32,000 bases of DNA from an uncultured Sporolactobacillaceae bacterium (GTDB lineage Bacteria; Bacillota; Bacilli; Bacillales; Sporolactobacillaceae), in NCBI GenBank assembly GCA_963772845.1, contig CAVYYW010000027.1, positions 39,086 through 71,085 of the forward strand, given 5' to 3'. The notes under the pieces were generated by a model, which saw only the letters and a program-made list of their open reading frames with translations, was not told where the DNA came from and ran no database searches. The first letter of the stretch is position 1. Every line of letters starts with the position of its first letter. Of this stretch, positions 16,226-25,659 are shown piece by piece. The position numbers and the translations under genes were made by a program.

Positions 16226-16498
16226 ACGTCATGTGATGTCCTTTAGAAGTCAATTATTGCTACGCATGCCTTCAGGATGTGAATAGGTTCGCCGGTGGCA
16301 CAGGACGTGACAAATTTAGCCAAACTTTCTACATAATTTTGCGCTGCCTTTAGAATTCCAGGGGACTTTGCGTTATTCTTTGATTAAATCTTAAAAAAGA
16401 TCAATAATATAGAAGTTTTTCAGTTGCCTCAGTCTGATCCCGCAGATGTCTCACCCTTCAGATAAATTGGCCCAAAAATGCAATAATCAGCCCGAAGA

Positions 16499-16547
16499 AC
16501 AAAAAAGCGTGCCACACAATTCTCTTTTGAGAATGTGTCGGCACGCT
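16499..16547 (-). terminator. Strong hairpin that reads as a minus-strand Rho-independent terminator inside island B
   Basis: AGCGTGCC.ACACA.TTCTC / GAGAATGTGT.GGCACGCT forms a ~18-bp imperfect stem. On the minus strand it is followed by T6 (plus-strand A-run 16501-16506). Confidence 0.7.
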
Positions 16548-16732
16548 GCTTTAAAAAGACTTTTTTTGGCATCTCGCTGATTGCGCTGAAATTGAAATAA
16601 CACCTTTTGGAACCACACCGACAGAACGCTGTATTGGCAAAGGCAGTCAAAAAGAGAGTGAAATGTCCTTAATGAGAGGGAGGAAGACGTTCGTCGGGGC
16701 AAATGCGCATCCCTATTGATGAAAGCTAAAAA

Positions 16733-16884
16733 CTCGAAACTCCTTGAAAAAGCACATGCTCACTGAAAGGCAGGAATACCTGAGACTTCTCGAAAATGCT
16801 TTGTGCTCCATTATAAAAATGGAAATACTTGAGACTCCTCGAAATTGCCCGTGCTTATTGAAAGCAAGAAATACCCGAGACTCC
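16733..16884. repeat. Three units of the 15951-16225 array in inverted orientation
   Basis: Units 16733-16789, 16790-16838 and 16839-16884 end in GAAATACCCGAGACTCC, the reverse complement of GGAGTCTCGGGTATTTC. Confidence 0.85.
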
Positions 16885-17100
16885 TGCAAGAATCAGCGTT
16901 CCAAGCGAGACCCCACAGCCACAATGTCTTATGTGAGGAGGCTCGCGGAACGCCTGCGGAAAGCGAGGGTATTTCCGCTTTCAATTATGACATCGCATTT
17001 TCTTCGTGCGAAATCACAAAAATCGGAATTTTCTAGTGTCAGTTTCGCTATTTTAGTTGTTTACAAGTATTTATTAAGCGTTATTCGGCCATTTTTTTGC

Positions 17101-18668
17101 TTATATCGTGTAGCCTCCGAGCATAAGCGTCACAAATAGCGTGTCAATAATGATAAAGTACACAATCTCAGGCAGCATCTCCCAGTACTCTGTTCTAACA
17201 AAACGTGTGATCAGACCTGAAACCAGCGCTGCTGCTACGGCGATCAGATAAGGACTGCCGGTGAAAGTTCAAATAAAAAGGCAGTTCTGATGGGATGAGC
17301 TTTGGTATGAGAAAATCGTACAGGTAGATGAACTGCGAAATGAAAAAGATAATATAAGTGCCCCATCGGACAAAGGGGGCGCCATTTTCGACAGCTGTCG
17401 TCTTTGCAAAATAGCAAATGAAATAAAAGAGCAAGGCAATGAGCGAATAAATTAGTGCAAAGAACACTGCAAAAATATTAACCGACAGTATGATCAGGGC
17501 ATTTGAGATGGCCTGGCCGATATCATGCTGAGTCGCTTTGATACTTTTGGCAATCGCCTTGGCGTTCGTACTTGCGGCATAAAGTTGATAATGATTTGCT
17601 TTTTGATAACCAAGCCAGATAATCAAGTTATTGCTCAATTCCTTTGGCTTGATCGACTGGTTATTCGTACTGTGACGTTCAGCAAGAGCCGTCCCATTAT
17701 TATTGAGAATTGCAGAATAGACGACCTGTCCGTCATGATGAAATGACAGGGTACCTTGTGATGCGAACGTAATCTTATCCTTGCCGTTGATGACCGTGTA
17801 GCTAAGATCATTTAATTCCTGGATAGGTTCATGACCATCGGCTGTGTAGACATCAAAATGATGTTCGGACCATTCCGGTTTTCCGGCTGCAATCGCATGA
17901 GCGCTGACATCGGACATCATGTAAGTGGTTGTAATCGTGCTGCTGTAAGTCGTCTTTGAATATAACAAATGCACAGAATTTGGCGTCACAGAAAACATAA
18001 AACCGCTGTATCGTGCAGAGGGATTATTAAACGTGTGAAGCAGTGAATGCGGATACTGCTTGCCGTCTTTTTTAAAGTAAATAACTTTAGTTTCTTTATC
18101 CTTGTTTAACGTTGCAATGAAATCCTGACTGTTCGCACTGGTGACAAGTTCTGATACTGGAAGATTAAAAGATCCAAGGGTCTTAATATCTCCCAGTAGC
18201 AGGGTCAGCTTCTTTCACGATCGGCCCTGAAGAATAAATAATGTGGTCATTGTCTGCGGGCATAAGCTGTGCAGCATGTGAATCAAGTATTTTGGTATGA
18301 CCCTTCGTATACTCAGTGAGCTTGCCGTTTTTTATGTAAATTAACGTGCTTCCTTTAGCCCAGATGCCATCATTGTCCGGGTGAACAGGGTAGGTATGGT
18401 TGGTCAAAATATCCATGGAAGGGGAGACCTCGACTTCAGAGATTCCCTTCTTCGTTACGGCATAAATGGCGGTATTGCTCCCGCGTTTCTGTGTGAAAAG
18501 CTTTGCTGAATCCGTCATGTCCTTCATTGGAAGGGGAATGGAGCGGCTCCAGTTCTTCGAAGGCGGGGTTTCTAAATTGTTCAGTTGCTTTAATGTAAAC
18601 AAACCGAAAATGATAATCAGCACAATCAGGGGTAAAAACCATACGGAAATTTTTCTGAATAGATTCAT
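17101..18668 (-). pseudogene. Membrane protein of unknown function (N-terminal TM, extracytoplasmic domain, C-terminal multi-TM region), split over three frames
   Basis: ORF 18183-18668 continues in another frame as GDIKTLGSFNLPVSELVTSANSQ..., joining ORF 17195-17998. After ~17268 a third frame continues TFTGSPYLIAVAAALVSGLITRFV...GGYTI* to the stop at 17101-17103. The candidate shift sites are CCC 18192-18194 and TT 17268-17269. Confidence 0.7.
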
Positions 18669-18836
18669 AGAATATTACCTCAACTATTTTTCTAATTTAT
18701 AGACCATTTTCTATTATATAACTTTTTTGAAATATTTGAAATAGGAAAGTAAGGGTTTCTTTTAGAAACAGAAAAGATTGAGAGAAAAGAGATGAAGGCA
18801 TTAATCATCTAATAATTCCCCTTTGAATAAATCCTG

Positions 18837-19598
18837 GTGAACGAGCAAATAGACGAGGTGCTGTTCGTTGAGGGACAAGCAGAAAATGGTTATACTTATT
18901 TTAACAACGAATCTGGAAAGGGCGTGTTGTTGGCGGGGACTTTTATATTAGCCTTAATTGGTATTATAGTGATTAATATTGTCTTAAGCGGTGATAATGC
19001 CGTGGTAATTGCTCTCGCATGCCGAAATCTTCCTGACAAGCAGCAAAATAGAGCGATCTTATGGGGCAGCGTCGGGGCCATCGTATTAAGAATTATTTTG
19101 ACATTTATAGCGGTTTGGCTGCTGCAGATCCCGTTTCTGAAAATAATAGGCGGGTTGCTTCTTATTTATATTTCTATAAATTTACTGGCTGATGATACTG
19201 ATCCTGATTTAAAAGGAAGCTCGAATATATGGGGAGCAATCCGAACCATTATTATTGCAGATCTCATTATGAGCCTCGATAACGTTGTAGCAGTAGCAGG
19301 TGCAGCACATGGGAACATTGCATTAATTATCCTAGGGCTTGCAATCAGCATTCCCTTGATCATTTGGGGAAGCAAGCTGTTGATGAAGCTGATGGACCGT
19401 TTCCCGGTCATTGTGATGCTTGGCGCTGCCTTACTCGGCTACACGGCCGGGGAAATGCTGACTAGCGACAAAGCTGTTGCTCACTATATAGCCGGCACTG
19501 CTCTGCCTTGGGACTTGATAATATCTGTTATTCTCGCTATTGCAGTGGTCGCAGCAGGACTATTGATTAATAAAAATAAGAAAACATCTGAACGATAA
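18837..19598 (+). CDS. TerC family integral membrane protein (YjbE-like)
   Basis: Duplicated LSGDNAVVIAL and MSLDNVVAVAG motifs are present. The start is uncertain: GTG at 18837, or a GTG/TTG near 18927 after GGAAAGGG. Confidence 0.85.
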   Translation: MNEQIDEVLFVEGQAENGYTYFNNESGKGVLLAGTFILALIGIIVINIVLSGDNAVVIALACRNLPDKQQNRAILWGSVGAIVLRIILTFIAVWLLQIPFLKIIGGLLLIYISINLLADDTDPDLKGSSNIWGAIRTIIIADLIMSLDNVVAVAGAAHGNIALIILGLAISIPLIIWGSKLLMKLMDRFPVIVMLGAALLGYTAGEMLTSDKAVAHYIAGTALPWDLIISVILAIAVVAAGLLINKNKKTSER

Positions 19599-19637
19599 GA
19601 CCAAAGCATCATCAAGCACCTGAAAGGGGAATGGCCG

Positions 19638-20060
19638 ATGAAAACACAATTAAAGCTTCATGAAAAGTGGGTTAAGGCTTTGTCTCCTGAAGGCAAAGCA
19701 GAGATATTAAATAATTATTTAAAGAGATCGGTAAGTCGTGATGAAGGGGTGGTTTATTCTCCTCTGAAAACGGCAGTCAACCATCAAGGTAGTCTTCTTG
19801 TCACCGTTTTTATAGAAAACAGAACAAGCATGCCCTGGAAAATGAATCATTCGATGATATGCACATATAGAGGAAAGAAGCTGGCTGCGGCTACTTTTAT
19901 GGATTCCTCAATTACGGTCGATCCTTTTACACTTATGCCATGGACATTTATCTTTCCTAAGAATCAAATAGTAATGGGGACAGAGGCTGGATCTCTTTCT
20001 ACTAATGAGCTGAGAGTGAGTGAAGCAGATGAAGAACACGACGCTGCCGCAGGGAATTAA
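19638..20060 (+). CDS. Hypothetical protein (140 aa), apparently co-transcribed with the amidase
   Basis: RBS AAAGGGGA lies 7 nt upstream of the ATG. I did not recognise any family with confidence. Confidence 0.5.
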   Translation: MKTQLKLHEKWVKALSPEGKAEILNNYLKRSVSRDEGVVYSPLKTAVNHQGSLLVTVFIENRTSMPWKMNHSMICTYRGKKLAAATFMDSSITVDPFTLMPWTFIFPKNQIVMGTEAGSLSTNELRVSEADEEHDAAAGN

Positions 20061-21474
20061 TACGATGACACTGGCTGATATGAAGAAAAAAATGGAGGAC
20101 GGGCTATTGACGTCCCGAGACCTTGTTGCCTATTATCTGGATCGGATTGCTGAATATAATCCGAAATTAAAAGCCGTTCTGGAAGTCAACCCGGAAATTG
20201 AACAGTTGGCGCTTGTTGCCGATGCTGAGCGGTCACGCGGCAAAATTAGAGGGCCGCTTCACGGAATCCCGATTTTAGTTAAGGATAATATTGACACTGG
20301 GGACAAAATGCATACAAGTGCGGGCTCACTTGCTTTAAAGGATCATTATGCTGCCGAGGATGCTTTTGTTGTCGCACAACTAAGAAAATCAGGTGCCTTA
20401 ATTTTAGGAAAAGCCAATATGACCGAGTGGGCGAATTTCATGAGTGACCATATGCCGAGCGGTTACAGCTCAAGAGGTGGACAAGTATTGAACCCTTATG
20501 GTCCCGGTCAATTCGATGTCGGAGGTTCCAGTGCTGGATCCGCATCAGGGGTTGCTGCTGGTTTAGGCGCAGCGGCAATAGGTTCTGAGACATCGGGTTC
20601 CATTCTTAACCCGGCCAGCCAAAATGCTGTGGTCGGAATTAAACCAACGATTGGTCTTGTCAGCCGTGCGGGGATCATTCCGATCGCCCACTCTCAAGAC
20701 ACGGCAGGACCGATTGCACAAACGGTTGAAGATGCAGCAATGCTTCTGGAAGCTATTGCGGGCGAGGATGAGAACGATCCTATTACCAGTCTTGCTGAAA
20801 CAGGCACGTCTTATCTGTCTTTTTTAAAGAAAGACGGTCTAAACGGGGCAAGAATCGGGGTGCCTGAACGTTTCTTTGAGGAATGCACACCTGAGCAAAT
20901 GGTGCTGGTTGAACTCGCTATTGCAGACATGGAAGAAGCTGGCGCTGTGGTCCTTACCGATATTGATCTTCCAGAAACAAAAGCAGAAGAAAATATAGAT
21001 GTGCTTGTCTATGAATTTAAGACAGCTCTTAACGCTTATTTAGGTAAATTGCCTTCACATTTACCTGTTCATAGTTTGCAGGACCTGCTTGCTTTCAACA
21101 GCCAAAATGCAAGTGAGATGCTGAAGTACGGCCAGGCATTGCTAGAATTAAGCGAAAGAACATCCGGTACCTCAACGGATAAGGAATATATTAACAGCAG
21201 AAGCCAGGACGTATTTGAAATGAAAGAAAAGGTATTGGACCAAGCTTTTGACGAGCATCATCTGGATGCCATTCTCTTTCCATCTTCATATGGTTCACCA
21301 TTAGGTGCGAAAGCAGGCTATCCATCGATCTGTGTGCCTTCAGGCTTTACGCCGGATGGCGAACCGCTTGGTCTGTCTTTTACGGGAAAAGCATTCAGTG
21401 AAGGGCGTCTTATAGAGATCACTTACAGCTATGAACAGCTGACAAACCATCGCAGGCAGCCAGTCTTAGAGTAG
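20020..21474 (+). CDS. Amidase signature (AS) family protein
   Basis: GGSSAGSASGVAAGL and the KPTIGLVSRAG context are present. The start is ATG 20020 (overlapping the upstream ORF) or ATG 20065. Confidence 0.85.
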   Translation: MKQMKNTTLPQGINTMTLADMKKKMEDGLLTSRDLVAYYLDRIAEYNPKLKAVLEVNPEIEQLALVADAERSRGKIRGPLHGIPILVKDNIDTGDKMHTSAGSLALKDHYAAEDAFVVAQLRKSGALILGKANMTEWANFMSDHMPSGYSSRGGQVLNPYGPGQFDVGGSSAGSASGVAAGLGAAAIGSETSGSILNPASQNAVVGIKPTIGLVSRAGIIPIAHSQDTAGPIAQTVEDAAMLLEAIAGEDENDPITSLAETGTSYLSFLKKDGLNGARIGVPERFFEECTPEQMVLVELAIADMEEAGAVVLTDIDLPETKAEENIDVLVYEFKTALNAYLGKLPSHLPVHSLQDLLAFNSQNASEMLKYGQALLELSERTSGTSTDKEYINSRSQDVFEMKEKVLDQAFDEHHLDAILFPSSYGSPLGAKAGYPSICVPSGFTPDGEPLGLSFTGKAFSEGRLIEITYSYEQLTNHRRQPVLE

Positions 21475-21486
21475 AGGAGAAGGATT

Positions 21487-22281
21487 ATGGAGACCGATTT
21501 AACAAACAGGTGGACAATCCATAGGGTAACAGGGGATGAGATCGAGCAGACAGAAGATGTGATCGTCAATGAAACACCGGTCACATTGGTGATCAATGGA
21601 GAAGAGTTCGCGACAGTCGTCTGTTCTCCTGTGCAGCTTGAAGAACTTATCATTGGATTTCTTGCCGCAGAAGGCGTCATTCGATCGTTTCGCGAAATCC
21701 AAAAATTATCTGTAAATACCAGCCAAGGCTTTGTAAATATTGAAATCCAAAACTTTCAAAAGGCAGAAACAGCGGATATGACAAAACGGGTCATTGGGTC
21801 ATGCTGTGGAAAAAGCCGACAGTTCTATTTTAAAAATGATGTGAAAACGGCCCGTACAATCATGAGGGCCCCAACGGCAACGATTGAGCAGTGCATGAAC
21901 CTGATGAACGGATTAAAACAGACCTCGGATACATTCGATCAAACAGGCGGCGTTCATAATGCTGCCTTATGCCTTCCGGATCAAATCGTGGAAACCGCTA
22001 CAGATATCGGCAGGCATAACACACTAGATAAGCTCTACGGCCACATGCTCCAAAATAATTTGCGCGGACATGATTATCTTGTGGCATTCAGTGGAAGAAT
22101 CTCATCTGAGGTGATCCTGAAGGTATCAAAAATGGGCATTGGGATATTATTGTCAAAATCTGCCCCAACGGATCTGGCCCTGAAGCTCGCTGATGACCTT
22201 AATATTACAGCGGCCGGGTTTATTCGAAACCAAAAGATGAATATTTACACGCATCCGGAGCGTTTAATAAGACAACTTTAA
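21487..22281 (+). CDS. fdhD: Formate dehydrogenase accessory sulfurtransferase FdhD
   Basis: The protein is 264 aa with GSCCGK, GGVHNAAL and GRHNTLDKL motifs. RBS GAGGAGAAGG lies upstream. Confidence 0.85.
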   Translation: METDLTNRWTIHRVTGDEIEQTEDVIVNETPVTLVINGEEFATVVCSPVQLEELIIGFLAAEGVIRSFREIQKLSVNTSQGFVNIEIQNFQKAETADMTKRVIGSCCGKSRQFYFKNDVKTARTIMRAPTATIEQCMNLMNGLKQTSDTFDQTGGVHNAALCLPDQIVETATDIGRHNTLDKLYGHMLQNNLRGHDYLVAFSGRISSEVILKVSKMGIGILLSKSAPTDLALKLADDLNITAAGFIRNQKMNIYTHPERLIRQL

Positions 22282-22322
22282 TGTTGAATTTGTCACAGTC
22301 TGATGAACAAGCTGTTCTTCCG

Positions 22323-22352
22323 TTGACCCGCTCTTCCCGAAAGACATATAAT
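22323..22352 (+). promoter_or_regulatory. Sigma-A-type promoter
   Basis: TTGACC - 18 nt - TATAAT. Confidence 0.5.
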
Positions 22353-22394
22353 AAAGCTTGAAAAGAAATGTGCGTTTTGAATAGGATGATAAAA

Positions 22395-22814
22395 ATGACA
22401 AAAGAAAAAAACATGACAGCGGCCGGTATGGGAGAACAGATTCTTACCCCTTGTTCAAATAAGCCGAACTGTGTATCCAGTGAACATAAAAATCTTAACC
22501 GCAAAATGCTTCCTGTTTCATATGAAGGAATGACCCTGGAGCAGGCAAAAAGCTGTCTTCTGGAAGTGCTGCACAGCATGCCGAGAATTGATATTAAGCA
22601 GGACAATCATCATTTTATGCAAGTGGAGTACCGGACTCAGGTATTTGAATTTTTCCATGATGCAGAGTTCTATTTTAATGAAAAAAGCAAAAAGCTTCAG
22701 TTTCGATCTTCTACCCGAATCGGATTTGCTGATTTTGGATCAAATAAACGTTGGTTGCAGTCAGTTATTGCCCGCTTTTTACAAAAAGCTGCAGTCTATC
22801 ATTCTTCACTATAG
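22395..22814 (+). CDS. DUF1499-like protein
   Basis: TPCSNKPNCVSSEH motif is present. The start was chosen at ATG 22395 after AGGATG; the ORF track starts at 22368. Confidence 0.6.
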   Translation: MTKEKNMTAAGMGEQILTPCSNKPNCVSSEHKNLNRKMLPVSYEGMTLEQAKSCLLEVLHSMPRIDIKQDNHHFMQVEYRTQVFEFFHDAEFYFNEKSKKLQFRSSTRIGFADFGSNKRWLQSVIARFLQKAAVYHSSL

Positions 22815-22872
22815 GGTACGCTCCTGAACACCGATTGTAAGACACTTCCATATTAAAAAAGGAGTGATGACT

Positions 22873-23703
22873 GTGAGAGTAGGTTACCTTGGTCCAAAAG
22901 GTACGTTCAGCGAAGAAGCTGCCGTCCGTTACTTTGAAGACCAGAATGTTGAAATGGTGGCGTTTCAGACGATTTCGGATGTTTTTGAAGATGTAGAGGC
23001 CGGAAACGTGGACAGCGCAGTCGTTCCGATTGAGAACACCATTGAAGGTACCATTAACATAACCGTGGACAGCCTGGCTGACAGCCCTGAATTATTTATA
23101 CAGGGAGAAATGATCTTAGGAATATCGCAGCAATTGCTCGGTGTAAAGGGCGTACTTCTGGATGAAATTCAAGAAATATGGTCAATTCCTCCAGCCTTGG
23201 CACAATGCCGGAAATTTATTAGAAAGAGTCAGGCTGAGACAAAGCATTTTGACAGTACCGCTTCAGCAGCTTTAAAGGTGAAGGAATCGGGAAGACGAGA
23301 CGTGGGTGCCGTCGCTTCGGCATGGGCTGCAGAACAGCTTGGATTGGAAGTCATCGCAAGGAATGTGCAGGACACATCAGCGAACCATACCCGCTTTGTG
23401 GTGATAGCGAATGAACGCACAATGGCGGAGGATTCTCAAAAAACAATGCTTTTAATCACCCCTGGTGACGAGCATTCCGGCCTCCTTGCAGACATTCTTC
23501 AGGTGTTTTCAACATTGGATTTAAACCTCTCTTGGATCGAATCCCGGCCAACCAAAACAAAGCTTGGCACGTATCAATTTTATCTTGTTGCAGAAGCCGG
23601 AATGCAGGATGAACGCATGTCAAAAGTCCTGGCGATTCTTGATATTTATGGACATCGCACGAGAGTTCTTGGCACCTACAAAAGTAAATTACATGTAACC
23701 TGA
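22873..23703 (+). CDS. pheA: Prephenate dehydratase
   Basis: The N-terminus is (M)RVGYLGPKGTFSEEA. The TRF motif (NHTRFVVI) and ESRP motif (IESRPTK) with a C-terminal ACT domain are present. GTG 22873 lies 8 nt after AAAGGAG; the ORF track starts at 22864. Confidence 0.9.
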   Translation: MRVGYLGPKGTFSEEAAVRYFEDQNVEMVAFQTISDVFEDVEAGNVDSAVVPIENTIEGTINITVDSLADSPELFIQGEMILGISQQLLGVKGVLLDEIQEIWSIPPALAQCRKFIRKSQAETKHFDSTASAALKVKESGRRDVGAVASAWAAEQLGLEVIARNVQDTSANHTRFVVIANERTMAEDSQKTMLLITPGDEHSGLLADILQVFSTLDLNLSWIESRPTKTKLGTYQFYLVAEAGMQDERMSKVLAILDIYGHRTRVLGTYKSKLHVT

Positions 23704-23744
23704 CAGCTCAGACAATAATACGATTTTTAAAGGACGGGGAAACA

Positions 23745-24122
23745 ATGGGTAAACTATTTGTAATCATTGGAGCAGCCTGTGCACTGTTATCCGTAGCCTT
23801 CGGTGCTTTCGGGGCACACGGCTTAAAAAATAAGCTATCCGCACATTATATGGAAATTTTTCAAACTGGCGTTCATTACCAAATGATGCATGCATTAGGA
23901 CTGATTCTTGTAGGCATTTTGGCAGCAACATGGCTGAATAATGGTTCGGCGCTTCTCAACTGGGCAGGCTGGCTGATGTTTTTCGGCATTATTCTTTTCT
24001 CAGGAAGTTTATACATATTAAGCTTGACGCAGGTTTCTGTACTTGGCGCGATTACACCGATCGGCGGTGTTGCATTTCTCGTCAGCTGGCTCTTAATTAT
24101 CATTGCATTTGTTCGTGCCTGA
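23745..24122 (+). CDS. DUF423 membrane protein (YwdK-like)
   Basis: The protein is 125 aa with 4 TM segments and the motif GAFGAHGL. It is adjacent to gerQ, as in B. subtilis. Confidence 0.8.
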   Translation: MGKLFVIIGAACALLSVAFGAFGAHGLKNKLSAHYMEIFQTGVHYQMMHALGLILVGILAATWLNNGSALLNWAGWLMFFGIILFSGSLYILSLTQVSVLGAITPIGGVAFLVSWLLIIIAFVRA

Positions 24123-24147
24123 CCCTTTAGGGGCCAGGCATTTTTTC
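24117..24147 (+). terminator. Rho-independent terminator
   Basis: GCCTG.CCC..GGG..CAGGC followed by T6. Confidence 0.75.
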
Positions 24148-24187
24148 TTATCAGAAAAGGGGCGAGGAGATCGGAACGATTTTAGTG

Positions 24188-24219
24188 CAAAAATAAAAAG
24201 CCGCATTTTCATGGGCTTT
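24188..24219 (-). terminator. Candidate minus-strand terminator 542 nt beyond the gerQ stop
   Basis: AAAGCC (24197-24202) pairs with GGCTTT (24214-24219). On the minus strand it is followed by TTTTTATTTT. Confidence 0.5.
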
Positions 24220-24763
24220 ATTGGATGGTCATGCTATTTAATTTATCTGAGGAGGGAAAGGAATTCTCTCTGAAAACCCTACCGGCTATTTCATGGTTAT
24301 TCAGGCAAGCACCAGATTGAGCTATTCTTGGATTAAATCTTAAAAAAGGCAAATAAATACAGAAGTTTTTCAGTGATGTGTAGGAGCTAACAAGTGCGGC
24401 TCTTTTCTTTGTCTAGTTACGCTTGCCAGCCCTTCGGTTCCTTCAACTTTCTTTACAGAGAACAAAAAGCGTTCTCTTCAGAAAGTCTCCAGGCTCCTTC
24501 AGGGCTATTCAGGCAAGCTTCACTTTTCTTTGTCTAGTTCCGCCGCACAGCTCCTCGGGGTCACTTCGAAAGCCCTTCAAAAATGAAAAAGCCATTTTTT
24601 GGTCTTCCTCCATTTTCCGGGAAAGAAATCTGGAACCATGTGCTCCTGCCAGTCTGCTAGTCATGCTTCGAAGCGATTGGATTCCTCGTCGCAACTCAAG
24701 TAGTACGTTCGAGAAGTGATGCTCGTGCCTGTCGGAGCTGATATGTGCGGCTTCACTTTTCTA
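24220..24763. repeat. Repeat island C, with the same module order and orientation as the right part of island A and the end of island D
   Basis: It holds the 108-bp block homolog (24492-24600), the 77-nt unit homolog (24640-24724), and the terminal module (24725-24763) ending on the gerQ stop codon. Confidence 0.9.
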
Positions 24764-25420
24764 GGCATATGGGTAGGAGTAATTAATCGGGCCTTTGAAG
24801 GTGATATAGTCTACATAAATAAGCGGGATTAGGTAGCGTGTTCCTTGAGGGCCGCCGTCGTTAATAATCACGTGATCGCGTCCAGCTGCTTCAACTTCTC
24901 CCTTAAACACTTTAGCGTTCCATTCAGAGTTGTTTTCAAATGTACAGTAAACAGTGGCGACTTTTTCAAGATTGAGTCTTAAAATGTTCTCTATATAAGA
25001 TTGCTGGTTGGCAGGCAGTGGTAAAGATCCAGGAGGTGGCATCATTTGACCGCCTTGCCCTTGCATTGGCTGACCTGGCTGTTGCATCATTTGGCCGCCT
25101 TGCATTTGCATTGGCTGACCTGGCTGCTGCATCATTTGACCGCCTTGCATTTGCCCACCAGGCATCATTGGGTAGCCACCCATCATTTGCTGAGGTTGCA
25201 TTCCTTGACCTTGTTGCCGAAAATCCGGATAACCGCCAAAATCTTGAGGCATATATGGTATGCCGCCTTGCATTCCTCCCATTTGTGGATCCATTCCGTA
25301 CTGTGACATCGGATACTGATAGCCATCTGACGGTGAACCTTGGGAAGTCCCTCCTTGCTGGGACTGCTGCCGCTCTTCGGATTGCCACCCATCCTGTGGA
25401 TTTTGTCTTTGCTCACTCAT
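24761..25420 (-). CDS. gerQ: Spore coat protein GerQ (YwdL)
   Basis: The C-terminal domain SYIENILRLN..KVATVYCTFENNSEWNAKVFKGEVEAAGRDHVIIND matches B. subtilis GerQ as I recall it. The N-terminus is Q/G/M/P-rich. It neighbours the ywdK-like gene. Confidence 0.85.
   Translation of the reverse strand: MSEQRQNPQDGWQSEERQQSQQGGTSQGSPSDGYQYPMSQYGMDPQMGGMQGGIPYMPQDFGGYPDFRQQGQGMQPQQMMGGYPMMPGGQMQGGQMMQQPGQPMQMQGGQMMQQPGQPMQGQGGQMMPPPGSLPLPANQQSYIENILRLNLEKVATVYCTFENNSEWNAKVFKGEVEAAGRDHVIINDGGPQGTRYLIPLIYVDYITFKGPINYSYPYA
25040..25160. repeat. In-frame 45-bp tandem repeat inside gerQ (about 2.7 units)
   Basis: It encodes GGQMMQQPGQPMQ(M/G)Q repeats. Units are 25040-25084 and 25085-25129, then a partial unit. 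Confidence 0.85.
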
Positions 25421-25659
25421 GGAAATTCACTCCAATCCAATTGATAATGTCGACTTCCCGACTCTCAGATCATGTATATGTTTCAAGCCAGGCTTTTAAT
25501 ACAAAAAACACTTTGAAAGTCTGCCGATTAACGATGACAGGGCCTTCAAAGCGATGATTATAAAGTATTAATTATTAAGATACCGATTGTCGAGTTTGTT
25601 TTAACATCGGAGGATCCTGCTGAAAAAGTTTCTTTTTCGCTTCGAGCCGAGCATTAGAA

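Larger units (their letters stand above)
15600..17100. repeat. Repeat island B, with modules in both orientations around a ~500-bp core
   Basis: See the sub-features below. It shares modules with 25940-26390 and a fragment at 6285-6316. No plausible CDS is present. Confidence 0.9.

Noticed and set aside
15596-17139. ORFs inside island B (15596-15814, 15727-15918, 15845-16027, 15982-16236, 16429-16702, 16744-17139)
   Set aside because: The reasons are the same as for island A. One of them also runs straight through the 16506-16547 terminator hairpin. None has a convincing start context.
18700-18930. A possible yybP-ykoY (Mn) riboswitch upstream of the TerC gene
   Set aside because: The conserved GGGGAGUAG and distal conserved loop motifs are absent. 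Only a trivial CCCTTT/AAAGGG complementarity is present.
19638-21474. Small upstream ORF plus amidase as a possible two-gene toxin/immunity or novel system
   Set aside because: The amidase has an ordinary amidase-signature sequence and the small protein has no recognisable toxin or antitoxin features. The overlap depends on an uncertain start codon. Nothing beyond simple co-transcription is supported.
24966-25557. Large alternative-frame and antisense ORFs over gerQ (24966-25388, 25018-25557, 25046-25306, 25183-25416)
   Set aside because: These are shadow ORFs created by the low-complexity, stop-poor Q/G/M repeat region. The GerQ frame is the only one with a conserved domain and an RBS.
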